This document shows positions 12,056 to 22,019 of a stretch of 41,048 nt of DNA, piece by piece. How positions within the stretch are numbered: the stretch's first letter is position 1; each line of letters opens with the position of its first letter. Made by a program: the position numbers and the translations under genes. Origin of the DNA: an uncultured Legionellales bacterium (lineage in GTDB: Bacteria; Pseudomonadota; Gammaproteobacteria; JAHCLG01); contig CAYGTS010000003.1 in assembly GCA_964352905.1 (NCBI GenBank), positions 1 to 41,048 of the forward strand. Reading direction: 5' to 3'. A model generated the notes under the pieces. It was not told the DNA's origin. It searched no databases and saw only the letters and a program-made list of their open reading frames with translations.

Positions 12056-12676
12056 ATGGCTAGATATACAGGTCCAAGATGTAAATTAATGCGTCGTGAA
12101 GGCACTGATCTCTACTTAACAAGTGGCGTACGTGCGTTAAATTCTAAGTGCAAGGCTGAAACAACGCCAGGGCAGCATAGTGGTAAACGTGGTCGTTTAT
12201 CAAACTATGGTTTGCAGTTACGCCAAAAACAAATGATCCGTCGTCTTTACGGTGTTTTGGAAAAACAATTCCGTAATTATTACCAAGCTGCTGCCAGCAT
12301 GAAAGGTGCTACGGGTTATAACTTATTAGCGCTACTTGAAAAACGTTTAGATAATGTTGTCTATCGTATGGGGTTTGGTGCAACGCGTGCAGAATCACGT
12401 CAGCTAGTTTCGCACAAAGCCATTCTTGTTAATGGCAAAGTTGTAAACATACCATCATATCAGGTAAGCCCTAATGATGTTGTTGAAGTGCGTGAGCGTT
12501 CTAAAAAACAAATGCGTATTCAAGCCGCTATGGAACTAGCTAAAGAGCGAGCTGATTGTGAATGGCTAGATGTTGATGTGAAAGCGATGCAAGGTACATT
12601 CAAACGGTTGCCGGAGCGCAATGAATTGCCTTCAGAAATTAATGAGAACCTAGTTGTTGAGCTTTATTCGAAATAA
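12056..12676 (+). CDS. rpsD: 30S ribosomal protein S4
   Basis: [21 protein letters not shown]. Confidence 0.99.
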   Translation: MARYTGPRCKLMRREGTDLYLTSGVRALNSKCKAETTPGQHSGKRGRLSNYGLQLRQKQMIRRLYGVLEKQFRNYYQAAASMKGATGYNLLALLEKRLDNVVYRMGFGATRAESRQLVSHKAILVNGKVVNIPSYQVSPNDVVEVRERSKKQMRIQAAMELAKERADCEWLDVDVKAMQGTFKRLPERNELPSEINENLVVELYSK

Positions 12677-12696
12677 TAAAGGCGGAGTAAATACCT

Positions 12697-13713
12697 ATGC
12701 ATAATTTGGCTACTGAATTTTTAGTACCACGTAACATTCAAGTACAGGAATTTAATTCTTGTCATTCAAAAGTTATTCTAGAACCATTAGAACGTGGTTT
12801 TGGTCATACTTTAGGCAATGCATTACGTCGCATTTTATTATCATCCATGCCAGGATGTGCCGTTGTAGAAGTGGAAATCAAAGGTGTTCTGCATGAGTAC
12901 AGTACCATCGAAGGTGTGCAAGAAGATGTTATCGATATTCTGTTGAACCTTAAAAATCTTGCCGTGCGCTTAGTGGGTCGTGACGAAGTGACACTAAGCT
13001 TAAGCAAGCAAGGCCAAGGTGTTGTAACAGCAGCGGATATCGTATTGGAACATGATGTTGAAATCATTAATCCAGAACTTGTGATTGCGCACTTGACAGA
13101 ACAAGGTTCATTGCAAATGAACATCAAAATTCAACGTGGCCGTGGTTACTCGCCTGCAAATTTACGCAAAATGATTGTTGAAGAAGGCGAAGAAGAAAGT
13201 AAAGTCATTGGTCGTTTACAAGTAGATGCTTCTTTCTCACCCGTTAGCCGCGTTGCTTACCAAGTTGAAAGTGCGCGTGTTGAGCAGCGTACTAACTTAG
13301 ATAAGTTAATTATCGAACTTGAAACCAATGGCACGATCGATCCTGAAGAAGCGATCCGTCGTTCAGCGACTATTATGCAGCAACAGCTAGCTTATTTTGT
13401 TGAGCTAAAAAGTAGCCAAGAGCACAAATACGAAGCAGAAGAACAAGCGATTGATCCTATATTGCTGCGGCCAGTCGATGATCTTGAATTAACAGTTCGC
13501 TCAGCCAATTGCTTAAAGGCAGAAAATATTTACTTCATTGGTGATTTAGTACAACGTTCTGAAGTTGAATTGTTAAAAACACCTAACTTAGGTAAAAAAT
13601 CACTCACTGAAATTAAAGATGTATTGGCTTCTAAAGGCTTATCTTTAGGTACTAAACTGGAAAGTTGGCCACCTGCTAGTTTAAGAGAAAAAGAAGATGA
13701 GTCCTCTTTTTAA
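12697..13713 (+). CDS. rpoA: RNA polymerase alpha subunit
   Basis: [35 protein letters not shown]. Confidence 0.99.
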   Translation: MHNLATEFLVPRNIQVQEFNSCHSKVILEPLERGFGHTLGNALRRILLSSMPGCAVVEVEIKGVLHEYSTIEGVQEDVIDILLNLKNLAVRLVGRDEVTLSLSKQGQGVVTAADIVLEHDVEIINPELVIAHLTEQGSLQMNIKIQRGRGYSPANLRKMIVEEGEEESKVIGRLQVDASFSPVSRVAYQVESARVEQRTNLDKLIIELETNGTIDPEEAIRRSATIMQQQLAYFVELKSSQEHKYEAEEQAIDPILLRPVDDLELTVRSANCLKAENIYFIGDLVQRSEVELLKTPNLGKKSLTEIKDVLASKGLSLGTKLESWPPASLREKEDESSF

Positions 13714-13743
13714 GCAACAATGAATTAACGAAAGGTAATTACT

Positions 13744-14115
13744 ATGCGCCACCGTAAATCAGGAAAAAAATTAAATAGAACCAGCAGTCATCGCAAAGCG
13801 ATGTTTGCTAATATGGTATCTTCACTTGTTGAACATGAATTAATTCAAACTACTTTGCCTAAAGCGAAAGAATTACGGCGTCATGCAGAGCCATTAATTA
13901 CACTTGCCAAGAATGATAGTGTTGCAAATCGCCGTTTGGCATTTGCAAAATTGCGTAATAAAGATGCTGTTGCAAAATTATTCAATACACTTGGCCCACG
14001 CTTTAAAGAACGCCCAGGCGGCTACTTGCGCGTTTTGAAATGTGGCTTTCGTTTAGGTGATAGCGCTCCCCTTGCTTACGTTGAGTTAGTTGAACGTGAA
14101 GGTGCACCTGAGTAA
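13744..14115 (+). CDS. rplQ: 50S ribosomal protein L17
   Basis: [27 protein letters not shown]. Confidence 0.99.
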   Translation: MRHRKSGKKLNRTSSHRKAMFANMVSSLVEHELIQTTLPKAKELRRHAEPLITLAKNDSVANRRLAFAKLRNKDAVAKLFNTLGPRFKERPGGYLRVLKCGFRLGDSAPLAYVELVEREGAPE

Positions 14116-15001
14116 TTCTATTCACACTTCGATTAAAATTAGTATCCCGGCGCGTATTAATGCGCCGGCAACTACCCTTAATATTTCAATTGTTGCTCAA
14201 GATCAAAATACTTTTGGTCAACGTCCCGTACTTTTGATCTTACCGGGCGGTCCTGGTGCCGCGATCACAATCTATCAACCTTATGCAACGCTATTAGATG
14301 TTGCTGATTTGGTTTTCCACGATCCACGCGGGGTTGGGCTTAGCGATCGTGGTGATGAAGATAGCTATACCATGACTAATTACATTGAAGATGTTGAAGC
14401 GATCAGAAAACACTTAGCACTCAATCAAATTCAAATCTTGGGCAAGTCTTATGGATGCAGTTGCGCAATCGGCTACTGTTTAAAATACCAACGGCATGTT
14501 AGTAAAGCTATTTTTTCTTGCGGGCCAGCAAGCTATCGTTTTCTGGATTACGCAAAACGCAATATTAAGGAAATAGGCACACCTCAGCAAATCGAATCGG
14601 TGATGCGCATGTTGCAAGGAGATATCCATTCACAGCAAGAGCTGAACGAATTCTTTAGTTTAACCAGCAAATTATATGCGATTACACTTAAAGAAGATGA
14701 ACTAGCTAGTATCAATTTGAAAGGAACCAATTATAGTTTTGAACCATTACGCAAAGGTTTTAGCAGCTTCTTACAGGATTTTGATTTTGAAGATCAGCTG
14801 CATAACATTACTATTCCGAGTTTAACGATTGCAGCAGAAAATGATTGGATTGTTGATCCAAGTTATATTAAACAATATACCCAGCAGATCCCAAATAACG
14901 CATTTTATCTCATAGAAAATGCAGGCCATAGTGTCGAAAAAGATGCGGGCAGTGACTATTTTACCCGCATACGATCATTTTTGATCGAAGCTTTTTGTTA
15001 A
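14090..15001 (+). CDS. Alpha/beta hydrolase, proline-iminopeptidase-like (start uncertain)
   Basis: PGGPG oxyanion motif, DPRGVGLS, nucleophile elbow GKSYG, acid ENDW, His in NAGHS. Confidence 0.85.
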   Translation: MNVKVHLSNSIHTSIKISIPARINAPATTLNISIVAQDQNTFGQRPVLLILPGGPGAAITIYQPYATLLDVADLVFHDPRGVGLSDRGDEDSYTMTNYIEDVEAIRKHLALNQIQILGKSYGCSCAIGYCLKYQRHVSKAIFSCGPASYRFLDYAKRNIKEIGTPQQIESVMRMLQGDIHSQQELNEFFSLTSKLYAITLKEDELASINLKGTNYSFEPLRKGFSSFLQDFDFEDQLHNITIPSLTIAAENDWIVDPSYIKQYTQQIPNNAFYLIENAGHSVEKDAGSDYFTRIRSFLIEAFC

Positions 15002-15137
15002 TGAAATGGCGGATCAACACCGGCCAAGACGTTAACTTGACTAAGGTAATATTTATCTGTATAAATTGGCTGTACGACAATTGCGTACTAAAGTAAACAC
15101 CACCCATTTACAGAGTAAAAACTTATAAGGAAAAATT

Positions 15138-15608
15138 ATGATGAGATCTTTTTGGATTGTTATCTTGTTGGGGTTAATTAGCCTTAAAGCCTTTGCGTAT
15201 GGTAACCAAAGCCCACCCTTTATCATCGCAAACTTAACCAATGTTAAAGTTCATTATGCATTCACTGGAAACTATCAACTAATAAAACCTTATCCTGTTG
15301 GCACGATTGAGCCGGGTAATTCAGTTAGCATAGCGCCGCATCTGCATTTTCCGCATTGTGGGTATAGTCATCCTCCTGTATTTGCTATTACTTTTACTTA
15401 TCCCAGAGGTGAAATTTCAACGTTATCTTTTAAAGGGGTAGTCGTGTGTGACGGTACTGATTATGTTGCAGTAAAAGTAGGTGCCGGTATTCTGCCTAGC
15501 TCGTTAGGGCATTACCGAACTATTGGTTATGGTAAGAAGGCAGGTGCTTACTCACTTAGTTTACCCTATAAAATTAATATTAATGAATCACCCTCTAACA
15601 AAAAATGA
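15138..15608 (+). CDS. Secreted hypothetical protein
   Basis: AAGGA SD, signal peptide ending AFA, two Cys. Confidence 0.7.
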   Translation: MMRSFWIVILLGLISLKAFAYGNQSPPFIIANLTNVKVHYAFTGNYQLIKPYPVGTIEPGNSVSIAPHLHFPHCGYSHPPVFAITFTYPRGEISTLSFKGVVVCDGTDYVAVKVGAGILPSSLGHYRTIGYGKKAGAYSLSLPYKININESPSNKK

Positions 15609-15621
15609 AACTAACTAAAAT

Positions 15622-15652
15622 AAAAAAAGCACCTAAAGGTGCTTTTTTTTTT
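15622..15652. terminator. Bidirectional intrinsic terminator
   Basis: A7-GCACC-taaa-GGTGC-T run between convergent genes. Confidence 0.9.
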
Positions 15653-15663
15653 GCTCAGGTTTT

Positions 15664-16110
15664 TTAGGCTTTTGGCGGCGTAATAAAGCAAGTGTTATCT
15701 AAAGTAGTACAAGCAGAATACCCTTTATCATGTATGCCATTCGGCATAATGTAACCAGGGAATGAATATTCTGCAAAGAGTGATACCCCTTTGTTCTCAT
15801 CACCATATGCGCATTTAACATGTGAGTAACTACCCGGAGAATTATCATCTAACCCCATGAAATAAAACGGTAAATTTTGTTTAACCGTAGAGCCTGGGAA
15901 GGAGCTAAGTGTTGTTAAATAAGTGCTGAAATTAGCAGAGCCAACTTTAACAACCAATCTACCTGAGAGATTATATTGACCAGGCGCTTTCGGATCGGGT
16001 GTTTTTGTTAGGCTAGAATAAGAAGGGCATTGAACCATAATGTAGTTCGCAAAAACTGGTGCACTAACAAAACAAGTTGCTAGAGTAAGTGTTAATATGA
16101 CTTTTTTCAT
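15664..16110 (-). CDS. Secreted Cys-containing hypothetical protein
   Basis: MKK-hydrophobic-VFA signal peptide, AAGGA SD, four Cys in the mature part. Confidence 0.75.
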   Translation of the reverse strand: MKKVILTLTLATCFVSAPVFANYIMVQCPSYSSLTKTPDPKAPGQYNLSGRLVVKVGSANFSTYLTTLSSFPGSTVKQNLPFYFMGLDDNSPGSYSHVKCAYGDENKGVSLFAEYSFPGYIMPNGIHDKGYSACTTLDNTCFITPPKA

Positions 16111-16256
16111 TTTTTTTCCTTAGAGTAGATATTAGGATGATGTGACTTTGCCACCTTTTAGAAGCAACCATGGCTATTATATGTATATAGAAGAAATAAT
16201 TCAAGTCAACTCTTAGTATTGTCATACATTTTAAACAGTCACTAGTTAGCACCCAA

Positions 16257-16277
16257 CCCGTAGAGTTGCTCTACGGG
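16257..16277. other. Perfect 9-bp hairpin (possible terminator or repeat)
   Basis: CCCGTAGAG-ttg-CTCTACGGG; no clear U tract. Confidence 0.4.
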
Positions 16278-16330
16278 AGAGTAGCTAAAAATTGGCAAGC
16301 CAGAATACCAATTCGGTTAGCGCTTACGCC

Positions 16331-16600
16331 TTATTTATTCAGACAAAACAAATAAGCAGGAACAACAATATAATCTATTTTTTTGCCGCTGAGCTGCCAT
16401 AAGCTTAATGCAGCATGAATGTGGTTTTGAATTTGATTAGTCGTATCAGGATCATCTTTCACAATTAAATCTACCCACTTATTATCCTTTTTCAACTTTG
16501 CTTTAACATATTGCCCATACTGATTACTGATAATGGCAGTTAATTTTAAAGTGTTGCTAGAGGTTGAAAGAGCATATTTCATATTTGTTACATTACCCAC
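16331..16600 (-). CDS. Hypothetical protein, possibly a fragment
   Basis: 89-aa ORF, no recognised motif. Confidence 0.4.
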   Translation of the reverse strand: MGNVTNMKYALSTSSNTLKLTAIISNQYGQYVKAKLKKDNKWVDLIVKDDPDTTNQIQNHIHAALSLWQLSGKKIDYIVVPAYLFCLNK

Positions 16601-16691
16601 TTGTTTTTAAAGCATATTAATTATATCAAACATAATAATTTATGCAATAAAGAATTGTAATTTATCTAAATAATGTTATAAAAGATTAACG

Positions 16692-17834
16692 TTAGCATTT
16701 TTTTTTAGCTGAGCCTGATTCTTCCTCCGCACTCTCAATGAGCGTTAACTGCAAGTGTGTCCGTTTTCCCCCTGCTTTTCCGTCAGTAGTAACATGAGGG
16801 TTTTGATTAATTGGCCTAAAAAAATACGACCAAGCTTTTTGAAATTGCTCAGGCAACTGTGGTATAGCCTGATGATGCTCAATGAAATACTGTCTGCCGA
16901 CCGGAAAGACTATGCAAAATTCTTCGGAAAATATAGTCTTAACAGGGTTTAAAATAGCGATAATTGCTTTAATAATCGTTGCTATATTAGGCACAGTATG
17001 GAAACTGCCAAGATACTTTATTAACTCATCAACCTGACGAAAAATATTTATAGTTACCTGAGCAAACCCAGCAAGCAGGTAGTCATTGTCTTTCACATCA
17101 CAACAGTTAGAGTATAGTTCAGTAAGGAAGCTAAGCCTCTTTTTTAAAAAACGATAAACTATTCCCATGTGGTTATTATCACATCCTTGAAAATATATTT
17201 CATTTTTAGATGGGTTTTCCTGGCTTTCTTTTTCTTGCAAAGAATAGCTGCCAAACAACATTCTGTATGTAGGCATATGTTTTTTTTGAACTGATAATGA
17301 GCGCAAGCATGAAAAATAAGCAAATAAATCTTGTTTTGCTTTTTTTATTGCAGGATTTAGCTTTTCATGATATCGAGTTTTAACCAATGGATGACTTTTG
17401 GTCTCATTCTCACTTTCTTTTTCCTCATCATCTTCTTCTAAGCTGTCTTTTTCATAGAAATCATCCGAATTTATCTCACAAGTACAAGCGAGTTGAGTTA
17501 AAAGTTTTTTTTCTTCAGCATTGAGTGTGTCGTCTGGTTCAAATTGCGCCTGACTTAAGTATTGTAATAAAGCAGAGAGATCAGATAATTTTGAAATCGT
17601 AAGTTCACCTTTATTCTCAGTGGATAAACTAAATGGGAATTTATCTGCAGGAAAAATAGCGGTTAACATAGCTTCAAGTTTCTTCTTCTGATATTTTCGG
17701 ACAACATGAGTAGCAACAATGAGACGAATAAAAATATCACGGTCGTTTAGTTCAATATAAACCAGGTTATGACCTGTAGGATTTGTGTCATCAAAGAAAA
17801 TATAGTTATAGAAATTTTTAGTGTGGGAATACAT
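16692..17834 (-). CDS. Hypothetical protein, possible type IVB secretion substrate
   Basis: 380-aa ORF with internal acidic patch and C-terminal ESAEEESGSAKKKC. Confidence 0.65.
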   Translation of the reverse strand: MYSHTKNFYNYIFFDDTNPTGHNLVYIELNDRDIFIRLIVATHVVRKYQKKKLEAMLTAIFPADKFPFSLSTENKGELTISKLSDLSALLQYLSQAQFEPDDTLNAEEKKLLTQLACTCEINSDDFYEKDSLEEDDEEKESENETKSHPLVKTRYHEKLNPAIKKAKQDLFAYFSCLRSLSVQKKHMPTYRMLFGSYSLQEKESQENPSKNEIYFQGCDNNHMGIVYRFLKKRLSFLTELYSNCCDVKDNDYLLAGFAQVTINIFRQVDELIKYLGSFHTVPNIATIIKAIIAILNPVKTIFSEEFCIVFPVGRQYFIEHHQAIPQLPEQFQKAWSYFFRPINQNPHVTTDGKAGGKRTHLQLTLIESAEEESGSAKKKC

Positions 17835-17885
17835 GTTTTTATACTCTTTTTATTTTGTATAAGAATTATGTTAAGTATTCATAAA

Positions 17886-18467
17886 TCAATAAGCAATCTT
17901 TAACAGCGAGTTGATACAAAATTGCAAATAAAGCTCGAATTCTTTTTCACTATACGATAATAAGTTAGGATCGAGCGCTGCTGATGTCGTTAGTGCCAAA
18001 AGCATATTAATCAAATAACGAATATCAAGATCAGGATTAATATCACCTTGTACTTGGTAATATTGAAAAGCATTTAGCCACGCTTGCAGCTCTTCGGATT
18101 GTGTTGCAGGATTTTCAATAGATTGGTGCTTTTCTAAACGTTGCCAATTGAGCAAGCGGATTAACTCTGGGTGATTTTTATAAAAGTGAATATTATTTTG
18201 GAATAATTGTTGTAAAAAATCTGCAAAATTCAGCTCAGTACTTGGCAGAATCGCTTGCTTTAACTTAGCCTCTTTTACAATAGCAAGCTTTACCGCTAAC
18301 CATAACTGCTGTTTATTTGTGAAGTGATGAAACACTAAACTATGATTTACTTTCGCTAACTTAGCGATTTTCCCAATAGAAGCTCCTTCATAACCATGTT
18401 CAATAAACAATGTCTTAGCAGCCGTTAAAATGGCCTCTTTGGTTGATTGTGCTTTAGTGTTTTGCAT
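17886..18467 (-). CDS. TetR/AcrR family regulator
   Basis: ILTAAKTLFIEHGYEGASIGKIAKLAKVNHSLVFHHFTNKQQL HTH; divergent from an MFS gene. Confidence 0.95.
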   Translation of the reverse strand: MQNTKAQSTKEAILTAAKTLFIEHGYEGASIGKIAKLAKVNHSLVFHHFTNKQQLWLAVKLAIVKEAKLKQAILPSTELNFADFLQQLFQNNIHFYKNHPELIRLLNWQRLEKHQSIENPATQSEELQAWLNAFQYYQVQGDINPDLDIRYLINMLLALTTSAALDPNLLSYSEKEFELYLQFCINSLLKIAY

Positions 18468-18482
18468 TTCACTTCCCCCATT

Positions 18483-18502
18483 TATTGACTAATCGGTCAA
18501 TA
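18483..18502. promoter_or_regulatory. Probable TetR operator
   Basis: Inverted repeat TATTGAC-taatcg-GTCAATA in the 71-bp divergent spacer. Confidence 0.7.
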
Positions 18503-18538
18503 TAGTTATTTTTTAGCATTAAAACAATAGGCAAAAAC

Positions 18539-19635
18539 ATGCATCATCGTAAAATGGCTTTCTTTATTATTTTATTGGTTGCTTGCTTAGCACAATTTGG
18601 TTCGGATGTTTATTCATCTGCTTTGCCAGCCATTGCAAAATCCCTTGCAACTTCTATCTCTTTGATTCAATTTAACATGGCAATCTATATGTTAGGCGTA
18701 GGTCTTAGTGAGTTAATCTACGGACCGTTGTCTGATAGCCTTGGCAGTAAAGTGCCGCTGCTAGCAGCAGGGTTAACACTGACAGCAATAGGAACAGTGA
18801 TCTGCGTGTTAGCGCCCAAAATTGATATACTTTTAGCGGGTCGATTTATTCAAGGCTGTGGCGCTGTGCTATGGCGTTCAATGTTCCGTGATTTATTTAC
18901 AGGAGCTGAATTATCAAAATACGGTACCTACTTTGCTGTATTTATCACCTTTATTATTCCTGCAGCACCCACAGTGGGCGGCTACTTAACACACTACCTT
19001 AGTTGGCGCGCAATTTTTGTTTTCTTGTTAATTTACACGTTGTTAACTTGGTTTATGAGCGCGTTTTATTTACATGAAACCAACCAACATCGCTCTAAAG
19101 AAAAAATGAATTTAGCATTTTACACTGCAGCAATGAAAGAATTATTAACCAGTCGTATTTTCATAGGGCATAGTCTTTGTGCCTTTTTTAGTTACGGTAT
19201 TTTCTTTTCTTGGCCAGCAAAATCAATGCAAAATATGTAAAACAATTTGGCATGCCTACTATGTTACGTTTTGGTTGGGCAATCACAATTATAGCAGGCT
19301 TACTTTTATTACTGGGTTTTTGGCTTATGGGAAATAACCTTTTAGCCATTATTATTCCCATTTGTTTATTCTATTTTGGTATAAGCTTTATTTGGCCCAA
19401 CACCTTTGCAAGTAGTTTCACACCCTTTGGGCACATTGCGGGTTGTGCGGCGGCATTATATGGATCACTACAAATAGGAGGTGCGGCCGTAATTGGCAGC
19501 ATGATGTCATTTCTACCACATCAAAATGCGATCCCATTAGCGCTCAGCTTCATTATCATTGCTGCATTAACTTGGATTTTTTATGAAAGTGTCGTGAATC
19601 GTGCTACCGTGCCAGGCAATGAGGCTAAGTCGTAA
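18539..19635 (+). pseudogene. Bcr/CflA-type MFS efflux transporter, split by a frameshifting deletion
   Basis: Two overlapping ORFs (18539-19240, 19210-19635) with DHA1 motifs (YGPLSD, GRFIQG, WRAIF); total length short of about 400 aa. Confidence 0.8.
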
Positions 19636-19671
19636 GAATAGGCCTGATTGCCGCTGTTATAACAAGCAAGC

Positions 19672-19699
19672 TTGCATATTGAGCAGAAATTGTTATCAT
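19672..19699 (+). promoter_or_regulatory. Candidate tRNA promoter
   Basis: TTGCAT-16 nt-TATCAT with extended -10 TG. Confidence 0.5.
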
Positions 19700-19717
19700 C
19701 GCTATTCGTTTACAGAC

Positions 19718-19791
<74 letters not shown>

Positions 19792-19852
19792 TTAGTAGAA
19801 TCCTTTTAAAAATAATCAGTTATCTTATCACCTTGCCGTTTACTTTTTAAGC

Positions 19853-20968
19853 TTATCGAGTGCTTGTGGAAATTTTGTGGGGATCGCTAGTTTGACTGGC
19901 AACACGCAACACCGCAATCGGCGTACCCCCTTTTTCCGCGCACACTTTATTCGCTGCAAACAATAAACTTTGTAATTCAGCACATGAGTAATGCGTTGTG
20001 ACACGCGAAGACTTATGTCCTAATAAATCTTGGCGATCTTCAAAACTTACCCCCGCTGCGCGTAGCCTTCTGCCAAAAGTGTGTTTCAAATCATGAACTC
20101 TGAGTTCAGCTAAGCCAATTCGTGCTCTAGCGTGCTTCCAACCCGAATTCAGCATCCTGGCAATGGGTTTTCCACGGTAAACAAACACAAACGTATCATG
20201 TTTGCCTCGCATACTTTCAATCACAGATCGCGCAACACGATTTAGCACCACTAAACGATCTTCACGATTTTTAACGTGCTCACCTGGAATGATAAACACC
20301 GATTCACCCGGTAAATCGGGTACAGGTACTTCCCATTCCCAGCGCAAACCACACACCTCACGATCACGGCAACCCGTGTTAACCGCAAATAATGCCATTT
20401 TGGTTAAGTGCGAGGGCAATGCTTGCAATAAACGCTGCTGCTCATCCCAATTTAGCGGATAAGGTTTGCGCTTATCATGCTCACTCAGCAATTTAATTTT
20501 GGGTGCATGTGCAAGCCAGGTTAAGCCTTGCTCATCAATCCACTCACCTGCTGCCAGATTCAACAAATGTCGCACAACTTGTAAACCGTAGTTAATCGTG
20601 CGCGTTTTAACACCTGCTTTTTTTCTAGCAAGAATATAAGGTTGTAAACTGCCCATATGAATTTCATCAAGTGGCAAATCGCCAATATAGTTATTAAGCT
20701 CTTGCAACAAATAACCATCTCTAGCGATCGTTGCTTTGTGCTGCTTCTCAATCAAATATTGGGTTGCTGCTACTCGAAAAATACGTTTTGGGCGCACACC
20801 ATAAATTAATGCTTGCCGCAACTGCTCCACTTTAAAATTTAAAAATTTTTCTGCTTCACAGAGCAAATGTGTTCCAGTACTTTCACGAATGCGTATACCG
20901 AAAATTTGCTTATCAACATGCCAAAGCTCTCCGCGTTTAAAAAGCCCTGGTGATACTTTACGTCCCAT
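19853..20968 (-). CDS. int: Tyrosine recombinase/integrase
   Basis: TGCR...VKN...HDLKH...LLGH...HY catalytic motifs; adjacent to the tRNA. Confidence 0.95.
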   Translation of the reverse strand: MGRKVSPGLFKRGELWHVDKQIFGIRIRESTGTHLLCEAEKFLNFKVEQLRQALIYGVRPKRIFRVAATQYLIEKQHKATIARDGYLLQELNNYIGDLPLDEIHMGSLQPYILARKKAGVKTRTINYGLQVVRHLLNLAAGEWIDEQGLTWLAHAPKIKLLSEHDKRKPYPLNWDEQQRLLQALPSHLTKMALFAVNTGCRDREVCGLRWEWEVPVPDLPGESVFIIPGEHVKNREDRLVVLNRVARSVIESMRGKHDTFVFVYRGKPIARMLNSGWKHARARIGLAELRVHDLKHTFGRRLRAAGVSFEDRQDLLGHKSSRVTTHYSCAELQSLLFAANKVCAEKGGTPIAVLRVASQTSDPHKISTSTR

Positions 20969-20973
20969 AGGAT

Positions 20974-21174
20974 TTAACTCCTCTTAACAGAGGGACGTCC
21001 ATAGCAGCGCTTATAATGATCGACCCATTGATCTAAGTCAAGCCTGTCAAAGGCAATGCCTTGCTTGCCAATCGGAATCGCCATTAAATGCGGACGCACT
21101 TCTTGATTAAAGCGATTAATATCCATGCCAAGATAAGAGGGTATATCACGTAAACGAATAAGGCGGGGTTGCAT
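20974..21174 (-). CDS. Excisionase-like small HTH protein
   Basis: 66 aa, basic, RLIRLRDIPSYLGM...FDRLDLDQWVD, directly upstream of int and containing its SD. Confidence 0.7.
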   Translation of the reverse strand: MQPRLIRLRDIPSYLGMDINRFNQEVRPHLMAIPIGKQGIAFDRLDLDQWVDHYKRCYGRPSVKRS

Positions 21175-21266
21175 AACGGACTCCCGTGAAATGATAAGGT
21201 TGGAAGTCCTAGTTTGGTGTGAATCGATAGTTCCACGATCCTAGAGTTAAGATTTTGGCAGAGTAT

Positions 21267-21647
21267 TTAAATGATGTCAATAGTAAGTGAGGATTTATTC
21301 TCTATGATTTTCTTAATCAAGTTTTCAATATTATTATATTCAACACAATGATTGGTTATTATTTTCAATGCAGCTGAAGGTGTGATGCCCGTCTTATGAA
21401 TGCATAAAATCTGACGGTTAAAGATATTAGCCCACCCCAATTCAATACCTAATCCTGTTGACGGATAAGAAACCTCTGCTATAAAAAGATCACAGCTTTT
21501 AATCACATCGAGTGTTGACCAGGGTATCCTAAATTCTGAATGAGGTAAAACCATTTCATGATCTTGCATAAGCTTCGATTTTTTAAAGGGAGCATAAAGC
21601 TCATTTTCATAATCAAAGCTTGTAGCATGGCCTAGATAGATTTTCAT
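21267..21647 (-). CDS. Nucleoside 2-deoxyribosyltransferase / DNPH1(Rcl)-like N-glycosidase
   Basis: KIYLGH...CDLFIAEVSYPSTGLGIELGWA matches the family signature with catalytic Glu. Confidence 0.75.
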   Translation of the reverse strand: MKIYLGHATSFDYENELYAPFKKSKLMQDHEMVLPHSEFRIPWSTLDVIKSCDLFIAEVSYPSTGLGIELGWANIFNRQILCIHKTGITPSAALKIITNHCVEYNNIENLIKKIIENKSSLTIDII

Positions 21648-21860
21648 TTCAAATGACACCAAAGAATTTATATCTTGATAGGATAACGGCCATCTTAACG
21701 ATGAGTCAATCGGTATTCAAATTAGGAGCATCTAAAAATTTACTGTCTATTTTTAAACAACAGCTTGATTAATCTTTATTAGAGAATTAATCCTCAATTA
21801 TCATTGACAATTTATTCAAAAAATCACAAAATAGTTTATCAGAGCCTGAAGTAATCTTAC

Positions 21861-21905
21861 TGCAAGATAAAGGCGCGGGCCCAGGGTGGTGTTAACTACC
21901 TGAGC
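21861..21905 (-). other. Candidate oriT (MOB_P-type nic plus inverted repeat)
   Basis: Minus strand reads GCTCAGGTAGT-taac-ACCACCCTGGGC (imperfect IR) then cgcgcctTTATCTTG^CA, like the RP4-type YATCCTG^Y nick site; upstream of the relaxase. Confidence 0.55.
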
Positions 21906-22019
21906 AAGAAGAAATTTTTGAAGGACTTTATGTAGTTTAGTTAGGATTTTAGGCCCCTAATTTAAGTTGCCAACAATTGGCAAAATTGTTAGCAAAACAC
22001 GTTAAAAACGAGGTCTTTC

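Noticed and set aside
916-13127. Many short antisense or alternate-frame ORFs across the ribosomal operons
   Set aside because: Shadows of conserved ribosomal genes with no motifs or independent RBS
16692-16706. C-terminal KKKC as a prenylation signal
   Set aside because: Cys is the last residue, so it is not a CaaX motif
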